Source: Phoronis australis (Eukaryota; Animalia; Phoronida). Taken from it: a stretch of DNA of 64,000 nt. The notes under the pieces are model-generated. The model was given only the letters and a program-made list of their open reading frames with translations. It searched no databases and had not been told where the DNA came from. How positions within the stretch are numbered: the stretch's first letter is position 1; each line of letters opens with the position of its first letter. Positions 39,401-53,431 of the stretch are shown piece by piece. Position numbers and translations under genes: made by a program. The DNA lies in the NCBI GenBank assembly GCA_002633005.1, contig NMRA01000045.1, forward strand, positions 291,456-355,455, in the 5' to 3' direction.

Positions 39401-42400
39401 CACTATGTCAAGAACATGACAGTTCATGTCATTCAGTTTTAATTCCAAAGATATTGACATGTTTACATTCACCAACAACACGACAAAGGGTTAATCTCAC
39501 AGATCTCCACGCATTAATAGGAACCCAGTCAACAGAGCAGTTCCACCATTGTGTACAGAATGAGGAGGGCATGTTTACCTGAAGTGAAAGAAGAGTTCCT
39601 TCTCCATGTCGGCAGCCTCAATGAAGCCATAGTTGTCCTTGAGAGTGGCAATGAAGCCCTGCTGCTTGGGGGCGCTGGTGCGGCTCACCACACGAACATT
39701 GACTGCGTAACGAGTGTTGTTCCGTTTCGACTCGCAGAATTGGAACTCGACCTAGGTGACAGTGAAAGGATGACGAAATGGTACTGGTTATGCATTGCAT
39801 GGAATTGGTTGGAATAAATGGAACAGTAAATCTTCCTTCTATCATCAATGACTCAGACCACATACTGGTACAAAACTAGTCTCAATCTGTCCTTTAATCA
39901 GATAAAAAGTGATTTCTTGGTTTGGGAAGCACCAATAGTTTCTTATTGCTGAAGATCAGGCATAAGATCTTACTTGAAACGGTGGGTCCCTTTTATGCAC
40001 TGAGGACAGGCAATAAAGGACATTCAGTCATTTCTTCCCATACCAAGAAATAGTTTTTCATCTGAGAAAGGAATAAGTTGAGATGTGATCTATATCAAGA
40101 ACTGTTTAATAATACTTCTGCTGAAGGCAGGTTTATAGTCCTACGTTCTCTGGTCCACTTCTGTGCCAGCATCAGTCTCATTTATACAACTGACCACGGA
40201 CAATGACATCACCAAGTTCAACAAACCTTCAGAGTGCTGCTATAGCTATTCTGACAAATATGAAATGGCACTCCCACACACAACACACAGGCACGTGGTC
40301 TATTTCATCCAGTCTTGGTGGGAGAACAGAATTCAAGCAACTTTTAATTGCCAAATAGCTTCACAGACAGACTTTGAAACATGCTTCCACAACTACCATG
40401 ACAGTCATCTTATAAACAAGACATATGATTACCTTATCCCCAAATTTTGGTTCAGCTGATCGGAAGTTCAAGTCTTTGGCATAGTAGGGTACTAATATGG
40501 ACTTTCCGTCAACATTAGCAGCGATTGTGCCGGCAATTTCTTCTTTGTTTTTGGCTGAAAAATGACAGTCGAGCTATTTGGTACCTCACATCAAATCAAG
40601 TTGATGACAGATCTATCCTTCAGGTGACAGATAAATGAAAAGTCTAAATAACTCAAGTCAGAACTTCACAACTGGAAATTTAAGGTACAAAGGGTACATT
40701 CTGTTAGCATGATTTGTACGGAATGTTGCCAAGCAACATTAGGCAGCTTTATGACCATTTGTAGCAATTATCTAGAAAGCCGTTAAAAGTAGGAAAACAA
40801 CAATTTTGGCGATGACTTGTGTTTCAAACTCAAGAATTGTAAGCGTATTTCTCAACTACCATTTAATAAGACTCACATGGACTTTTGTGCGAGGCTGGCT
40901 CCTTATCGACAACTCCGGTGTACCTACAGTCAGAGATGTTCTCCAGCTGGATGGTACCGCGGGGCACCTGCTTGATGCGGATGGCGATCTGGCGACTTTC
41001 GCAAGTCGGGTCCTGCAACACAAACATGGGATGTTTAAACTCCAGAAAATGACTTGTGAGTTTATTAGGGTTGGTCAACCTTAAAATTGTGAATTTGAAA
41101 ATGGAGTCAATACATATTGCCTGTGACTTGAGTTGTCGATTCACTTGTTAAAAATTCCGAAACATACAGAGTGGTAATGTTTTTAAACCCCAGAGCACTT
41201 TAGTTAAGAACCTAACACTAATAGGTTAAACAGCAGCGAACTGCCCCTTTAACTTTGCATTTGTGTGATGTGTGATGCGAAAACACTCCGCACGTGTACA
41301 TTGGCACTCTTTCGTGTCAATGGAAAAAAGTAATCATTCTAACTAAAACACTTAACTTTTACACGACAAAATTACAACATCTGCCACAAAGGCAACCTCC
41401 TTCAGCATCCAAACAACACCGTCCATAACTTTTGAGGGTATATTTGGACTACGCAGATTATACTAAAAACCTCCACGCACTCAAGGTGTGCCTTATCTCA
41501 AAGTCCGAACCAGTCAAGTTATGCAGTGTGCCTCATGCTTAAATCGCAGAATAAAGTCACAGCTGCATCCATGTGTACCTGAATGACTGTGAACTCCACC
41601 TCGTCCTGAACTCTGACCTCCACTGAAGGATCCATCATCTCGCTGAAGTGGAAGAACATCCTTGCGTCACGGTCCGTGCAGCGGATGAAGCCGTAGCCCT
41701 CCTTGATAGCTGCCACCACACCCTGCCATGAAGACAACATCAAACTGAGTTAAGGGACCACTTTTCACACTTCAGTGCACTTTCCCTCACCCTACCCTTT
41801 CCTTAATACCTCCTTCCTCCTCTGCTTTCCACTGGGAGCAAACAATAAAGAAAATGGTAGACTCTCCTTTAAAGCCTGTGGCTACAGTTCGATTAAGAAT
41901 GCATTAGACAATATCACCGCAATGCAGACTTCACAAGAGAGAGAGAGAAACCAATCAGCAACATGACAGGACATTTTGTTCTACAACAGAGCAGCTGTGA
42001 GATTTAAAGCACAGCGCAGACATATAACAAACGAGGCTGCTACAGCCACAGGCACTCCATACCTGTTCCCTGTTCTNTTTATACTTCTATGTCAAGTGAA
42101 TATTGGAACTTGTTTATCTTACTCCTCATACTTTTTATTTAAAAATCATCAATTTTCTTATATGTATTAACACCAGTTTAGTGTTGCATAACTTTTCAAT
42201 TCAATAGGACTGCAGACAATCAGTTGGCTCAAATCAAGTTGCCCATGGCTTGAGTAATGGCTTAGTGAACATATTGCACTCTGTTCACTGGCAATATGGG
42301 CTTTTTTGTATTGGGACAAGTTAGGATATATGCCAATTGCATTTTTTGGGTTTTGAGGGCTGAAGTAACCAACCTCTCAACATTAACAGGTCAAAAATAC

Positions 42401-45400
42401 CACCCATTTTTAATTCATCACTTCTTACAGGAACGACCACCCATAATTTGAGTTTTTTTCTGAAGACCACCACCCATGAATTTTTATTTCTACTGCCGCC
42501 TCCCCCTCCCACACGGATTTTACTGGAACAGCCCTTACTTTTACACGACAAAATTACAACATCTGTCACAAAGGCAACCTCCTTCAGCATCCAAATAACA
42601 CCGTCCATAACTTTTGAGGGAATATCTTGCCTTATTGTACTAAAAACCTCCACACATTCAAGGTGTGCCTTATCTCAAAGTCCGAACCAGTCAAGTTATG
42701 CAGTGTGCCTCATAGAATACAGTCTCAGCTGCATCCATGTGTACCTGAATGACAGTGAACTCCACCTCGTCCTGAACTCTGACCTCCACTGAAGGATCCA
42801 TCATCTCGCTGAAGTGGAAGAACATCCTTGCGTCACGGTCCGTGCAGCGGATGAAGCCGTAGCCCTCCTTGAGGGCTGCCACCACACCCTGCCATGAAGA
42901 CAACATCAAACTGAGTTAAGGGACCACATTTCACACTTCAGTGCACTTTCCCTCACCCTACCCTTTCCTTAATACCTCCTTCCTCCTCTGCTTTCCACTG
43001 GGAGCAAACAATAAAGAAAACAGTACTCTCCTTTAAAGCCTGTGGCTACAGTTCGATTAAGAATGCATTAGACAATATCACCGCAATGCAGACTTCACAA
43101 GAGAGAGAGAGAAACCAATCAGCAACATGACAGGACATTTTGTTCTACAACAGAGCAGCTGTGAGATTTAAAGCACAGCACAGACATATAACAAACGAGG
43201 CTGCTACAGCCACAGGCACTCCATACCTGTTCCCTGTTCTCTCCAGAGCTGGCGAAGCTTTCCTCGGACAGCTCTATGTTCGTGGCTCGCTGCAACTTGT
43301 CCCGTCGGTCCGTGGCCACATTGAAAAGCACCACATCCCCGGGGTGAAGGGTGTAGTCACCCTTCTGGTCCTTGTCCCCAAACTGAATTTCTACCGTCCT
43401 GCAAGCATGCAGTGACTCATTACAAAAAGTGTAAAAACCAACAACACATGTATTTACACCCAATATGCCCCCTAACAAAATGCTCACTAAATAGTCACTC
43501 GAGACATAAGAATTTTCTCAGAAGATTTAAAAAACTATAATTATAATTAGGTCATTATCAACGTGAATGAGTCGTACCACTAGTCTGTGGCCACAGAATT
43601 GGTATTTTAATAAGATCAACCACAGGACAAAAGTGAAAGCTAGCAGACATATTCAGTAATCCTTTACCTTGTACCATTCTCATATTCGATTCGTCCAGCC
43701 AGCGGATCACTCTGTCGACGTCCGTGAGCACTCTTCAGTGTGCGAACAACACGACCACACATTTGTTCAGTGCCTATGTCCTCAAAGATCACAGTTCCTT
43801 CGGGCAGCCGCTTAATACCCACGGCTACTTCTTTATTCTACAATTTACAGCAATTATTACATTTCACTTCACCCTCAATGAATCTTAGATTACAATATAA
43901 TGGAAATTAAAAACTTCCCAGTCTCATGGTCATCATCCCGTAATAGAGAACAGAATTTCCCACTTTGACTTGATTTTTATGTCCTCCACACACAAACAGT
44001 TTAAGTGATATAAATTATGGAAAGTAGCCTAATCCTGAATTGATACTCTAATTTTCTTCTGGTGTTGTGACGCTGCCTTACTCCTTCTACAGGGAAATGG
44101 TAACTGACAAACTCACACGAAACTTGCACTGAACCTCAGTCAGTGTTCTAGTGGTTTACTGTGTCAAAGTATTGAAGCTTAAGTTGAACCTTATTCCTTC
44201 AGGCAGAGACAAATTGCACCAATGCTGAGGTGATCAGTGTGGAGAAAGAACACTCGACAAGTGCTCTGAAAACAACCGTTGATATCGTGTTCGGTCTATT
44301 GATAGGCCTTGCACCGACGCGCGACTATCGTAGGCAGAACAGAACATTTTCCACAACTGCTGCTGTCCCTTACGTTAAAAATGTCCCTAAGGATATCCGC
44401 AGAACTTTTCACCTGAAGGTATTAGAATAGCTCATACTCCTATTGTCAGTCTTAGGGGCAATTAAGTGCACCCGAAGAACAAACCTCAGCATGGAGTGAT
44501 GTATCACATTTTGAGCTGTGGTGATAAGTGCGTGAATTCCCACATAGACAAGATTAACCAGCCACTCAGAAAGCATGTTTGAGCACTGCAGTGTTTGGAC
44601 ACCACAGTGAGACAGAACATTCACTAGAACCAGTGGATTGAGAGTGCCAGACAAAGAGAGCTTGTAGCTTGAGAGGGCCATCAGAGATACTGTGTGGAAA
44701 AGCCGAGAATACCTCTGTGCAGCATCAGTATTGAGTTTTCAGACACATGGTCCAGGGCCATGCAAGTGTTACTGTCTGAGTTCTGCACAGTTTTTGTGGG
44801 AATCATACACTCACCATTCCACAGGCCACTACACACAGTAAGAAGAAAATTATAGCATATTTCCAGAAGTTCTGGACAGGTTTATAATTTGCACATCGAG
44901 CACTTCTGTCATGTTCATCATTTTAATGCCAAAATAACAATTGGCGTAAAATCTTGGAATATGCAATGTACCTACTTGATGTGAAAAACAAGATTTAAAA
45001 ACTATCAACAAAAAATAGTGAATATCATAGAAAGAGCAAAATGATACATAAAACACAAACTAAAAGCTACAGCTTTGGAGCTCTACATTGATGCAGCAAA
45101 TGGTGCTCACATTTCTTATCTGTATGTTGAACTCAACATCGTCTCCAAGTATGAGCTCGGCTATGTCGCCGCAGTACTCGCTGTAGTGGAAGAAAATCTC
45201 TTTCACTACGTCAGCTCGCTCAATGAAGCCAAAATTGTTGTCCTTCATCGAGCAGACCACGCCCTGGTACTGGCATGACGACTTCTCTGAATGTAGAGGG
45301 CGAAGTTTGCAGGCGCGAATGTTGCCATTCCTGGAATGCCAAAAACAAGATGGCACTGATCGACTACGAACTCGGACAAACACTAGAAAGAGTGCATTTG

Positions 45401-48400
45401 TTCGACTGTAATATCTTTTGCAACCGCCATGCACAAGTGTTCGTGTACGTTATGTAGATAGACATTGCGACACATACGAACATCACTTACATTTGGTGTT
45501 GTTAGAAGAAATAATTCAAGCGCTAAAATAAACCCAGTTCACGAAATCAAAAAAGTTTATGAGTGATATTTTTGGCCTGGTGAACCATCATAGTCTCAAA
45601 CTTGTTCAGAAAGTTTGTGTAATCTCACTCTTAAGTATCAATGGGTGTTTACAGACAGCCCTACGATTGTGACAGGCCGATTACGACCCCTCCCACCTCT
45701 TGTCCGTGGCAATGTAGAAGGTGACCTGGTCACCCAGTTTTAGTTTGTCGCCCTCAAAGTCGTCGGGCGAGAATGGCAGAAAGAAGCACTCGCCCATGCT
45801 CTCGTAGGACACACGACCCAGGCCGTCTGACAGTCCTGGTGACATACCCTGTAATGACACAGGTGAACTGTAATAACCAAACATCGTAGCTCAGCCGCTG
45901 TGCGTGACAGTACCAGAATGTACAAATCTAAAACCTACAATGTTTTTAACGAAGGTAATTAACCGTGAAGCTATATGTGCCGTGTGCATGTCGTCAAAGT
46001 TCAGTCGCATGATGGTTGCTCTAGGTTGACATCACTTCAAATGCTATTTACTCAGAATCTGATATTTTAAAATTTTTAAAACGATATAATCATCTATTCA
46101 AACTGTGCTCTGTGAAATAGTCAGACATATAAAAAAGAGTGTAGTACGAAAAATTAGTCCCGAATATTACTATGTGAGGCTGTATGTATAAAGTAGATAT
46201 CTCAATAGAGTCAAACTTATCCAAAAACGTAGATGTGAATTCTTCAAAGCACAAAACAGATGGAGTTTCTCTGTTCGACTGGTGGACCCACTAGCTCAGT
46301 GGACTTGAGCATCTGCATGGGTTGTAGAAGACCCCGTGTTTAAGTACTGGTCAGGAAAAGATCCTTATCTTTTCACACAGATATTCAATAGCCATGTGAT
46401 ATGACCACGTGACTGATGGATGTGTATTTGATGCAAATAATCCACAATTTTAAGAAAAAAATATTTGAAAGCGGTATTTCGTTCCAGGTAGCATGTGATA
46501 AAATAAGCCAGCAATGCATATTGCCAAAGCGTTCGTCTTCAAGGGATATATTTGTAATACAATGAAATCCAGGAACTCAAGTATACACACCAAACTTACA
46601 TTTTTGTTCTTAGATATTTTAGCTTCGGCCACTATGGAGCCTTGAACACGCGATTCACTAAGTAGTTCATTTTCTTCACTTTTGCTCACACTTATTGCTA
46701 TAGGGCGCCCAGTGCGATTGTCACGTGATGTTTGGAATTCAACAAAATCTGAAAGGCAAAACCGTTTTAGAAAGGGCTCAAGAAGAAGTTGACCACTGCA
46801 ACACATTTGGTCACACATCCCTTTTAAGCTAATAGAAAATTCACATCAATGTGGTATAAAATCACATAAAGATTCAAATTTTATTTTCCTAAAACATTCG
46901 CTGCAATGTAGTCCCGACTGTATTACTGCACCATTACGTCCATGGGAGTCTGTGCAGAATTGTGCTTATATGCAAAACTAGGCACACCCGCCAATAAGTG
47001 AACCATTCGAGTAAAAAAGGCCGCGAAAAAAGCCCAATTTCGGACATAGGTCCACAGGCCTAAAGGCATAGCAATATGAAATACATAACTACCAAATTTC
47101 TTGAAAATATAACAAGGACCTCCAAAGACGCACAACCAAACGTAACAAATTGTCAATAGGGGGCATAAGGGTAGTCAAAACAAGTGCGCCTGTGTATGAA
47201 TTAATGTATGTGCCTATGTAGGAGACATTGCCTGCGCTTATATGTGAAACTTAGGCGCATGTGTCAAAATGTGAACCACTTGGGTAAAAAGGCCACGAAA
47301 AAGGCATTATTTCCGATATAGTCCCACGGGCCTGAAGGCACGGCAATACAGTAAAAGACTTATGCTTAGCCTCTGGCTGCCATACAATCTTGTGGAAGCT
47401 CTCAAAATTTTACTAATTATATCGAAAACACAGGAGGTACTACTATGCGCCGTGCCCAGAGCCTTATAGTTAAACCATATCACACAGAAAACAAAATATT
47501 CAAAACAAACTTTCCTTCACAGACTACTAAAGTGCTTACAGCTAAGGGTGGCTACAGAGGCAGAGCTTTGAGCCCAGCTGTCTGCCTCAAGTGAACGATA
47601 GATGAGCTAACAGCTCACGTCAAGGTGAGAACAACTGAAAGAGCTAGCTGCTAGTCCAGTCACTTGTTCTCACAATTTCAAACCTTGTCAACAGGCTTTC
47701 AAAATACACAACTTTGAGGATTTGTAATGACTCAAAAATTGCATAAAACGTAAAGGAAACAATAATTTGGAAATTGAAGTTTCATCTTCAACATTCAATT
47801 ATCAGAAGGAATTGGTTAACGATTTCGATACCGTTGTGCTATCAATGTACTTTTTTGCTCAATTTTACTAAAAAGACAAGGTCACGTGACAAACTTAATG
47901 GCACATTGGCATATTGCCAAAAAATATCATCGGACTTATACTTTCACAAAATACACAAATTTAACGATTTAAATTCCCAGTAGTTTTGGAAATATAAGGT
48001 GGGGAACCACATATCATATTTAAACTGACAATTGTCCAGATTGAAGACCTACCTCCTATCTTGGCGTTGTCTATGTTACCTCTGAATTCACTGAAGTGGA
48101 AGAACAGACGGGCGTCCTGCTCACAGCACTGAATAAACCCATAGGAATGCTGGAATAAACAGAGCGGCTCTGCTTTAGAGTGTGAAGGACTACAATAAGG
48201 CATTAATAGCTTAATAGCACTCACTGATAAGATTTGTTTAGTTTAATGATAAATATAAATGGAGAAAGACAGAAATAGTAACAGCTGTCACTAACTCAAG
48301 TTACTAACATATTTAAAAAGATAACCAAGACGTTCGTGGTAAAAACACTCAAAATAGACGAGTGAAAAACAGAAAAAGTACATTGTCGTTATTTAACAAC

Positions 48401-48996
48401 ACTTACAAGGAATAGCAGAGTTCTCACATAGTCTTTTAGTGCTTAATTGTCGATTCATTACGGCGACATCCCTCAACATAGTAGCAATGTCCTGAAGAGC
48501 TCCATTTTTACTAAAATGATTTCCCATGGCCTAAAATACGCCTTCACTATTTGCAGCTTTCCACTTTTGCTCCCACCCAGAAATTGAATCCTGGTGAAAA
48601 CCTCGAATTTTGCACGTCAGTTACAGGGGCACTGCATTTTGACAACCAGAATGCTCCATTGAACAACAGGCATCATGCTGGTTTTCAATATTCGGGAACA
48701 CCTCGAATTGCATACAGCCATATACCAACATGTGACCTATCAGCGTATAACAATACTAAGGACAAGCATGATACCGGACAACATGTCATGCTTTCGTGTG
48801 GACTTACGAGGAGCTTCTCAATATTTCCTGTTTCCCTAACGTTGGACACTTGTGCACTGTTGTTGCTATGTTGCGATGCTCTCGGACTCTTGGCTCCTGA
48901 CGACGGCTGGTAGGCAAGAATGGCAGGATCCTGTGATGGCGGCATGAATCTCTGGCGATTCCACTGAGGACTCATTTTCTTCGTTGGCGTTGACAT
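36454..48996 (-). CDS. CSDE1: Cold shock domain-containing protein E1 (UNR); multiple cold-shock domains and a C-terminal SUZ-C motif
   Basis: Exons in transcript order: 48808-48996, 48053-48149, 46600-46748, 45697-45848, 45111-45330, 43668-43837, 43227-43398, 42745-42888, 40877-41012, 40433-40554, 39579-39751, 39090-39216, 38304-38406, 37558-37748, 36944-37107, 36454-36604. Five GFI...FFH(F/Y/L)S cold-shock motifs, [34 protein letters not shown], terminal [12 protein letters not shown]. Confidence 0.96.
38560..38728 (-). mobile_element. tRNA-derived SINE-like head with its first 17 nt tandemly amplified (~6 copies, 38622-38728)
   Basis: Minus strand reads ggtggtcctgaTGGCTCAGTGGattggggcg...gattgtagaagttcccaGGTTTGAGCACCgg (A-box- and B-box-like); a related copy lies at 46281-46365. 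Confidence 0.6.
38731..38801. repeat. Perfect inverted repeat: 28-bp stem, 15-nt spacer
   Basis: tggaatacagacatctaatcagatcgtg (38731-38758) and its exact reverse complement (38774-38801). Confidence 0.95.
41579..41722 (-). CDS. CSDE1: Duplicate of CSDE1 coding exon 8 (other haplotype)
   Basis: 144-nt copy of 42745-42888 with one L/I change; flanking introns are also duplicated (41355-42076 versus 42537-43240) and split by the N at 42077. Confidence 0.75.
42078..42536. mobile_element. One end of a probable DNA transposon insertion present in one haplotype only
   Basis: No counterpart upstream of the homologous site at ~41352; repeated ACCACCCAT motifs near the end; terminus ...TTTTACTGGAACAGCCC followed by TTA. 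Confidence 0.5.
46281..46365 (+). mobile_element. Degenerate tRNA-derived SINE-like head
   Basis: ggtggacccacTAGCTCAGTGG...ggttgtagaagaccccgtGTTTAAGTACTggtcagg aligns by eye with the minus strand of 38560-38645. Confidence 0.5.
46960..47350. repeat. Diverged direct repeat (two ~115-bp copies ~270 bp apart), probable TE relic
   Basis: gcttatatg..aact.aggc...gtgaacca...gtaaaaaggcc.cgaaaaa...ggcct.aaggca..gcaata at ~46963 and ~47235. Confidence 0.6.
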
Positions 48997-49269
48997 TTCT
49001 TATTTTTGTTCTTGTTACTTAATACAGCTTAACCTGAATGCCATGGATAATGAAGTGTGATTAGTACGAGTTGTTAAGTTGAAGGAAACCGCTGTGTGAT
49101 AGAATTCAGAGATAGGAACTAGTGGAAAGACACCTGCCATAACATATAATGGTAGACTAAATCAAGAAATAACAGCAGGGAATTGGACAAGCAACAACAG
49201 TTCTGTAGTTACATAGCTTTCCATACTTTGAAAATCTAGTGAAATTACATTGTGTAACAGATTGTATGN

Positions 49270-49426
49270 AGGTGAACGTCGTCTGCAACGCCGCGGTAAG
49301 AAAGGAATTTGCCGCGGAAATTTTATATCAAATCCGATTTTTTTATGCGGAAATATTATAAAAAAAGCGGAAAGCACATTTGAAAAAAGCGGAAATCCGC
49401 ATTTCCGCAGAAAATTCCAAGCCCTG
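49270..49426 (-). mobile_element. Terminal part of the same hAT-like MITE as 33075-33574, truncated by the N at 49269
   Basis: Reverse complement of ~33075-33231, ending ATTCCAAGCCCTG; absent at the homologous site 49074/49075. Confidence 0.88.
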
Positions 49427-52400
49427 TAAGTTGAAGGAAACCGCTGTGTGATAGAATTCAGAGATAGGAACTAGTAGAAAGACACCTGCCATAACATATA
49501 ATGGTAGACTAAATCAAGAAATAACAGCAGGGAATTGGACAAGCAACAACAGTTCTGTAGTTACATAGCTTTCCATACTTTGAAAATCTAGTGAAATTAC
49601 ATTGTGTAACAGATTGTATGCAGGCCTCATCAACATTAACAATGGTGAGGAATGTCACTTAACTAGGCATCTCATGGTTCGAAGTCAGCTCGTGTTCATG
49701 TTCGAGCAGCTGACTGGAGAATAAACTGTTGAGCAACGGACTCCGTGAGACTAGTTCATAGAATCCAACAGCAATCATCTGATAATACAGTGTAAACTGG
49801 AGACCCTGGACTTCTGCGATAATGGGAAATGGATAGAATTTACAGAATCTGATTTCTTTCACAGAATTAGAGATTTTGAACTGAACTTCCATATTTCAGT
49901 AGCAGACGCCATAATTCTAATATCCAGGGGTCTTAATTAACAAATATTAGGCTGCAAATCGATCGACCACAGTTTCGCAACACATGTTCAAGTAGCTTTC
50001 AATCTATGTGAAGGTGGCGCTGCTCTTTTTCGGTTTTGAGAAGTAATAAACATGGCTTGCAGCACGAAAATGGAGTTATAGCATAATTCAGCAGAAAGTA
50101 GGGCAATTCCCAGATCAATTTAAACGTTAGTTATCACTCTGAAGTAGTAAAATACAATTTATAATTTAGAATGGAAGAAAAATAGAAATTTGCTAAAACA
50201 GATTTCTGTTTTTTATAGCTGAAGACCAGGGTCTCTATTTGAACGGAGGCCTGTTTACAAAAATGTCGTAACCTTACAGATGTACTTTACAGAGCCTAAA
50301 CAGAAACGTAGGATCAGTCATAAGATTTGAAGTAAGGCTCGGTTTGGACACTGTAGAAAATACACCCCAGTAAGGACATTTTAGTGAATTACCATTTTTG
50401 TAACTAAGAAAAGCCAGCCATCATGATTTATCTTCAACAACATCAAGTTCTTGACACGTGCACTTACTCATTGTTCAATTATGTGTTTTGACAAAATATC
50501 ATGTACTGACAGACGGTAAAAACTTCACCACAATATTTGTTTAAAAATACGATTCACTATTCATATTCTACCCAGCAATTAATTGTTAAAAGCCTTGTAA
50601 AAAAATAAATTTATTCAAGAACTGGTGTAAAACAAAAATAGACAAAATATGGCGATCTATTTCATGGCGCTCAAAGCTGAGGCATTCCATTTCTCTACAG
50701 ATCAAGCTTTGGCGTCTTTAGCACTCTGGTAATCAGTTTTGTTTACTCAAGGAAGATGTGCAATTCATAGGACTTTTCCAAAGCAATCAGAAGTTGCATG
50801 TACAGTTCCTCTCCAAGCCTACTACTCACTTTACAACCAAACTTCTTAACCAATTTCCCCAGTCCCTGCAGTGTGTGCGATGCCTTCCCAAAATTGCAAT
50901 GGTTCTTGTGTCTGTTTGTTCTTACTATCCTTTCCTCACTTCAGGTGAATACAAATTGGGATGGTGTTTCTGTTTTTAGTATCCAAAACCCGAGCTACAA
51001 CTTCCTCTAACTCCAACCCACGCTGGAAAAAATACAAAAAATTGTTACAGACCAGGAAGTAGACATTATGAACATGAAAGATCCAAAAAGAAAGTTCTGT
51101 TGTTACAAAGTATTCTTAGCATCTTCCACCTAGAACACCTCGGGTATTTTCATATCCTCAAATTATCCCTCGAAGTTGTTTCATATCTGTGTATGTGTGA
51201 ATTTCAGTAACAGCAAAATGTTTGGTAAATAGCTGGTTAAAAACCATGACTTAACTATTCAGGTCTCAAAAGCCACATTCAATACTATACAGAATCCTTA
51301 GTCTGCCTAACGATGTACTGCTAATTTTTAAGCCTGTAATCACAAGTGTATCTCGGACCTTTGAAGGCATTTTCTACGTTAAGAGTCGCATGATTTGCTA
51401 TGAATGAAGTTTACGCATGCACAGATAAGAAACACCTCAGACGGGAAATTTGAGACTACAAAATACCCGATGGGTTCCAAATGAGCATCTTTCTCAGAAA
51501 AGAGAAACTAAACATCATCGTCACTGATATGGTAAATATAGTACTGATTGCACAATGTGGAAACCAGCTGTCAATCTTAGCAATATTTACTTATAGTGAT
51601 CCTAATTTTGAAAACTAGTTTCACAATACCGGTTATTCAGTTACTGCCAGGTTCGCAAACTAACTTTCATCAAAACCAACTATTAATCTTGACAGCTCTA
51701 TAACTTTGGGTGGCTGAAAAAGAAAATCCAATTATTTTCCCCCTTTAAAGGTTGATATTTTTTTTAACACAAGAAAAAAACTAATTCTCATAAAATTCAC
51801 TACAACTGGTGATGAAAGAATCCAACATCTATTTTTAAGCTGTGATAATCGATGAATCCAAAGGTAACAACATAACATAAACTTGCGGCTGGATGTAAAA
51901 CCGGCAGTTTACTTGCCTTTACTGAATTTTTCTCACCGTTCTGACAATAAGAAGAACGAAAATACACTCAAACATTATCTATTTTCAACAAAGAAACAAG
52001 GTGTCAGATTACTGTTTATCGTTTTAGTTCAACAAGAAACACAATCATGTTAGATCATTAATGTTTTATAATATGGTTTTGAATAAACAAAAAACGTCCA
52101 CAAACTGTGCTTGCTTGTGTTCTTGGGTGAAAACAAACAAGGAATAGCTGAGGGGCGTACTAATAAATATTGATTTTGTACATAGGATGTGCTGCTCACA
52201 TGGGTGGAGTTTTTCGTCAGATCCCCTACAAAAAAACCTTTTATGATTTAAATTTCCCACAATAGTGTAAACGTTACATGTTAGTATGATAGGGAGTCTA
52301 CAAAAGGGTCTTCTTTGGCAACAGAACGAACAGTTGTTTATTCAATTCCAATTCAAAACGTAACCAAAAAGTTACATGAGAGGGTGCTTTTTTCTCAGAA

Positions 52401-53431
52401 ACTCCCAGCAAAGTGTTTCCCATCTTTAGTGGATACCCAAATATCCAAGTGGAATGCCCCATCAAACTATAGTCAAGCACTACCGCGTGAGAGCTGCAGA
52501 GAAGAGGCGTTACTGAAGATATTTCCGTCACAAGCTCGTCAGCAATACACAACCCATTGATCGCCATGTTCTTACCATCACCCACAATGCAACTGGTACC
52601 CAAGGCCAAAATATCTACACCCCTCATAAATATGTAAAACTTGAAAGTTCGTTAGACTGACAGATACAAGTACATATACATGCCCACTAAAACATCTTAC
52701 ACATCTTGCAGCCATATAGCGACTGCAGTATGAAGTACCCTCACTTCATGTGATAATCATGAATCCTAATCAAGAGCTTCAACAGAAATGCTAATCTTAG
52801 ATTTCTTTGCACAAACATTTCGATATTTTTACCATTCTAAAACGATCGGGAATATCGCTTTTGTTTAGTTCATAAATACTTCTCAGGCCGACATTTTATC
52901 CTACTGAGTCCAGTTAATGCTACTGTTAATGAAGAGACAGTGCTTTGAAAGAAAATGTTTTGTGTTTTCTCCATGCATTTAAAATTTAACATCCTTCCTC
53001 CAAGAGAACAATAATGCCAGATTTACAGGGTGCAAAAACGCAATTTTCCAGGATCCACACAATGACGAGAAATCCCTCAGACATGGAGGAAACCCTTTAA
53101 ACAAAAGGCGACATTATTTTAAACAGGAAAAGAGTGACGATTAATTCCATCGCCAGAGACGAATTGATACAAATAAAAATAGCCATGGACACCATCACCC
53201 TCGAAGAGGAAATTTTGTTTAAGCAAAACCAGTTAACGGAGCGCACTAGATTTGACTGCTAGAGTTCAAAGCGCAACAGATAAGACCCCCTATTTCCTGT
53301 TAATCATGAAACTAATTACAATACTGAGGCATTGGTCGGTTATAGCGGTCCCTGATTTAGAGAACCAGGCAATCACTGAAAAACAGGCTCATTATTTAGT
53401 GGATGAAACTGGTTCTCTAAATCAGGGACCN

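Noticed and set aside
41579-42888. Mutually exclusive duplicated CSDE1 exon (L versus I variant)
   Set aside because: The introns are duplicated too, at near identity, and the junction is an N that cuts the neighbouring exon; an allelic assembly artefact is more likely.
44100-44830. Possible decayed LINE reverse transcriptase fragment (EHCSVWTP resembles LEYCSxVWxP)
   Set aside because: Only short motif echoes, too degraded to support without a profile search.
46281-46365. Functional tRNA gene
   Set aside because: B box is degenerate and I cannot fold a convincing cloverleaf; treated as a SINE head.
36454-48996. Intronic C/D-box snoRNAs or U12-type introns in CSDE1
   Set aside because: The few RTGATGA matches I checked lack a properly spaced CTGA with terminal stem, and all inferred coding introns are ordinary GT-AG; an Infernal/Rfam scan would be needed to exclude them fully.
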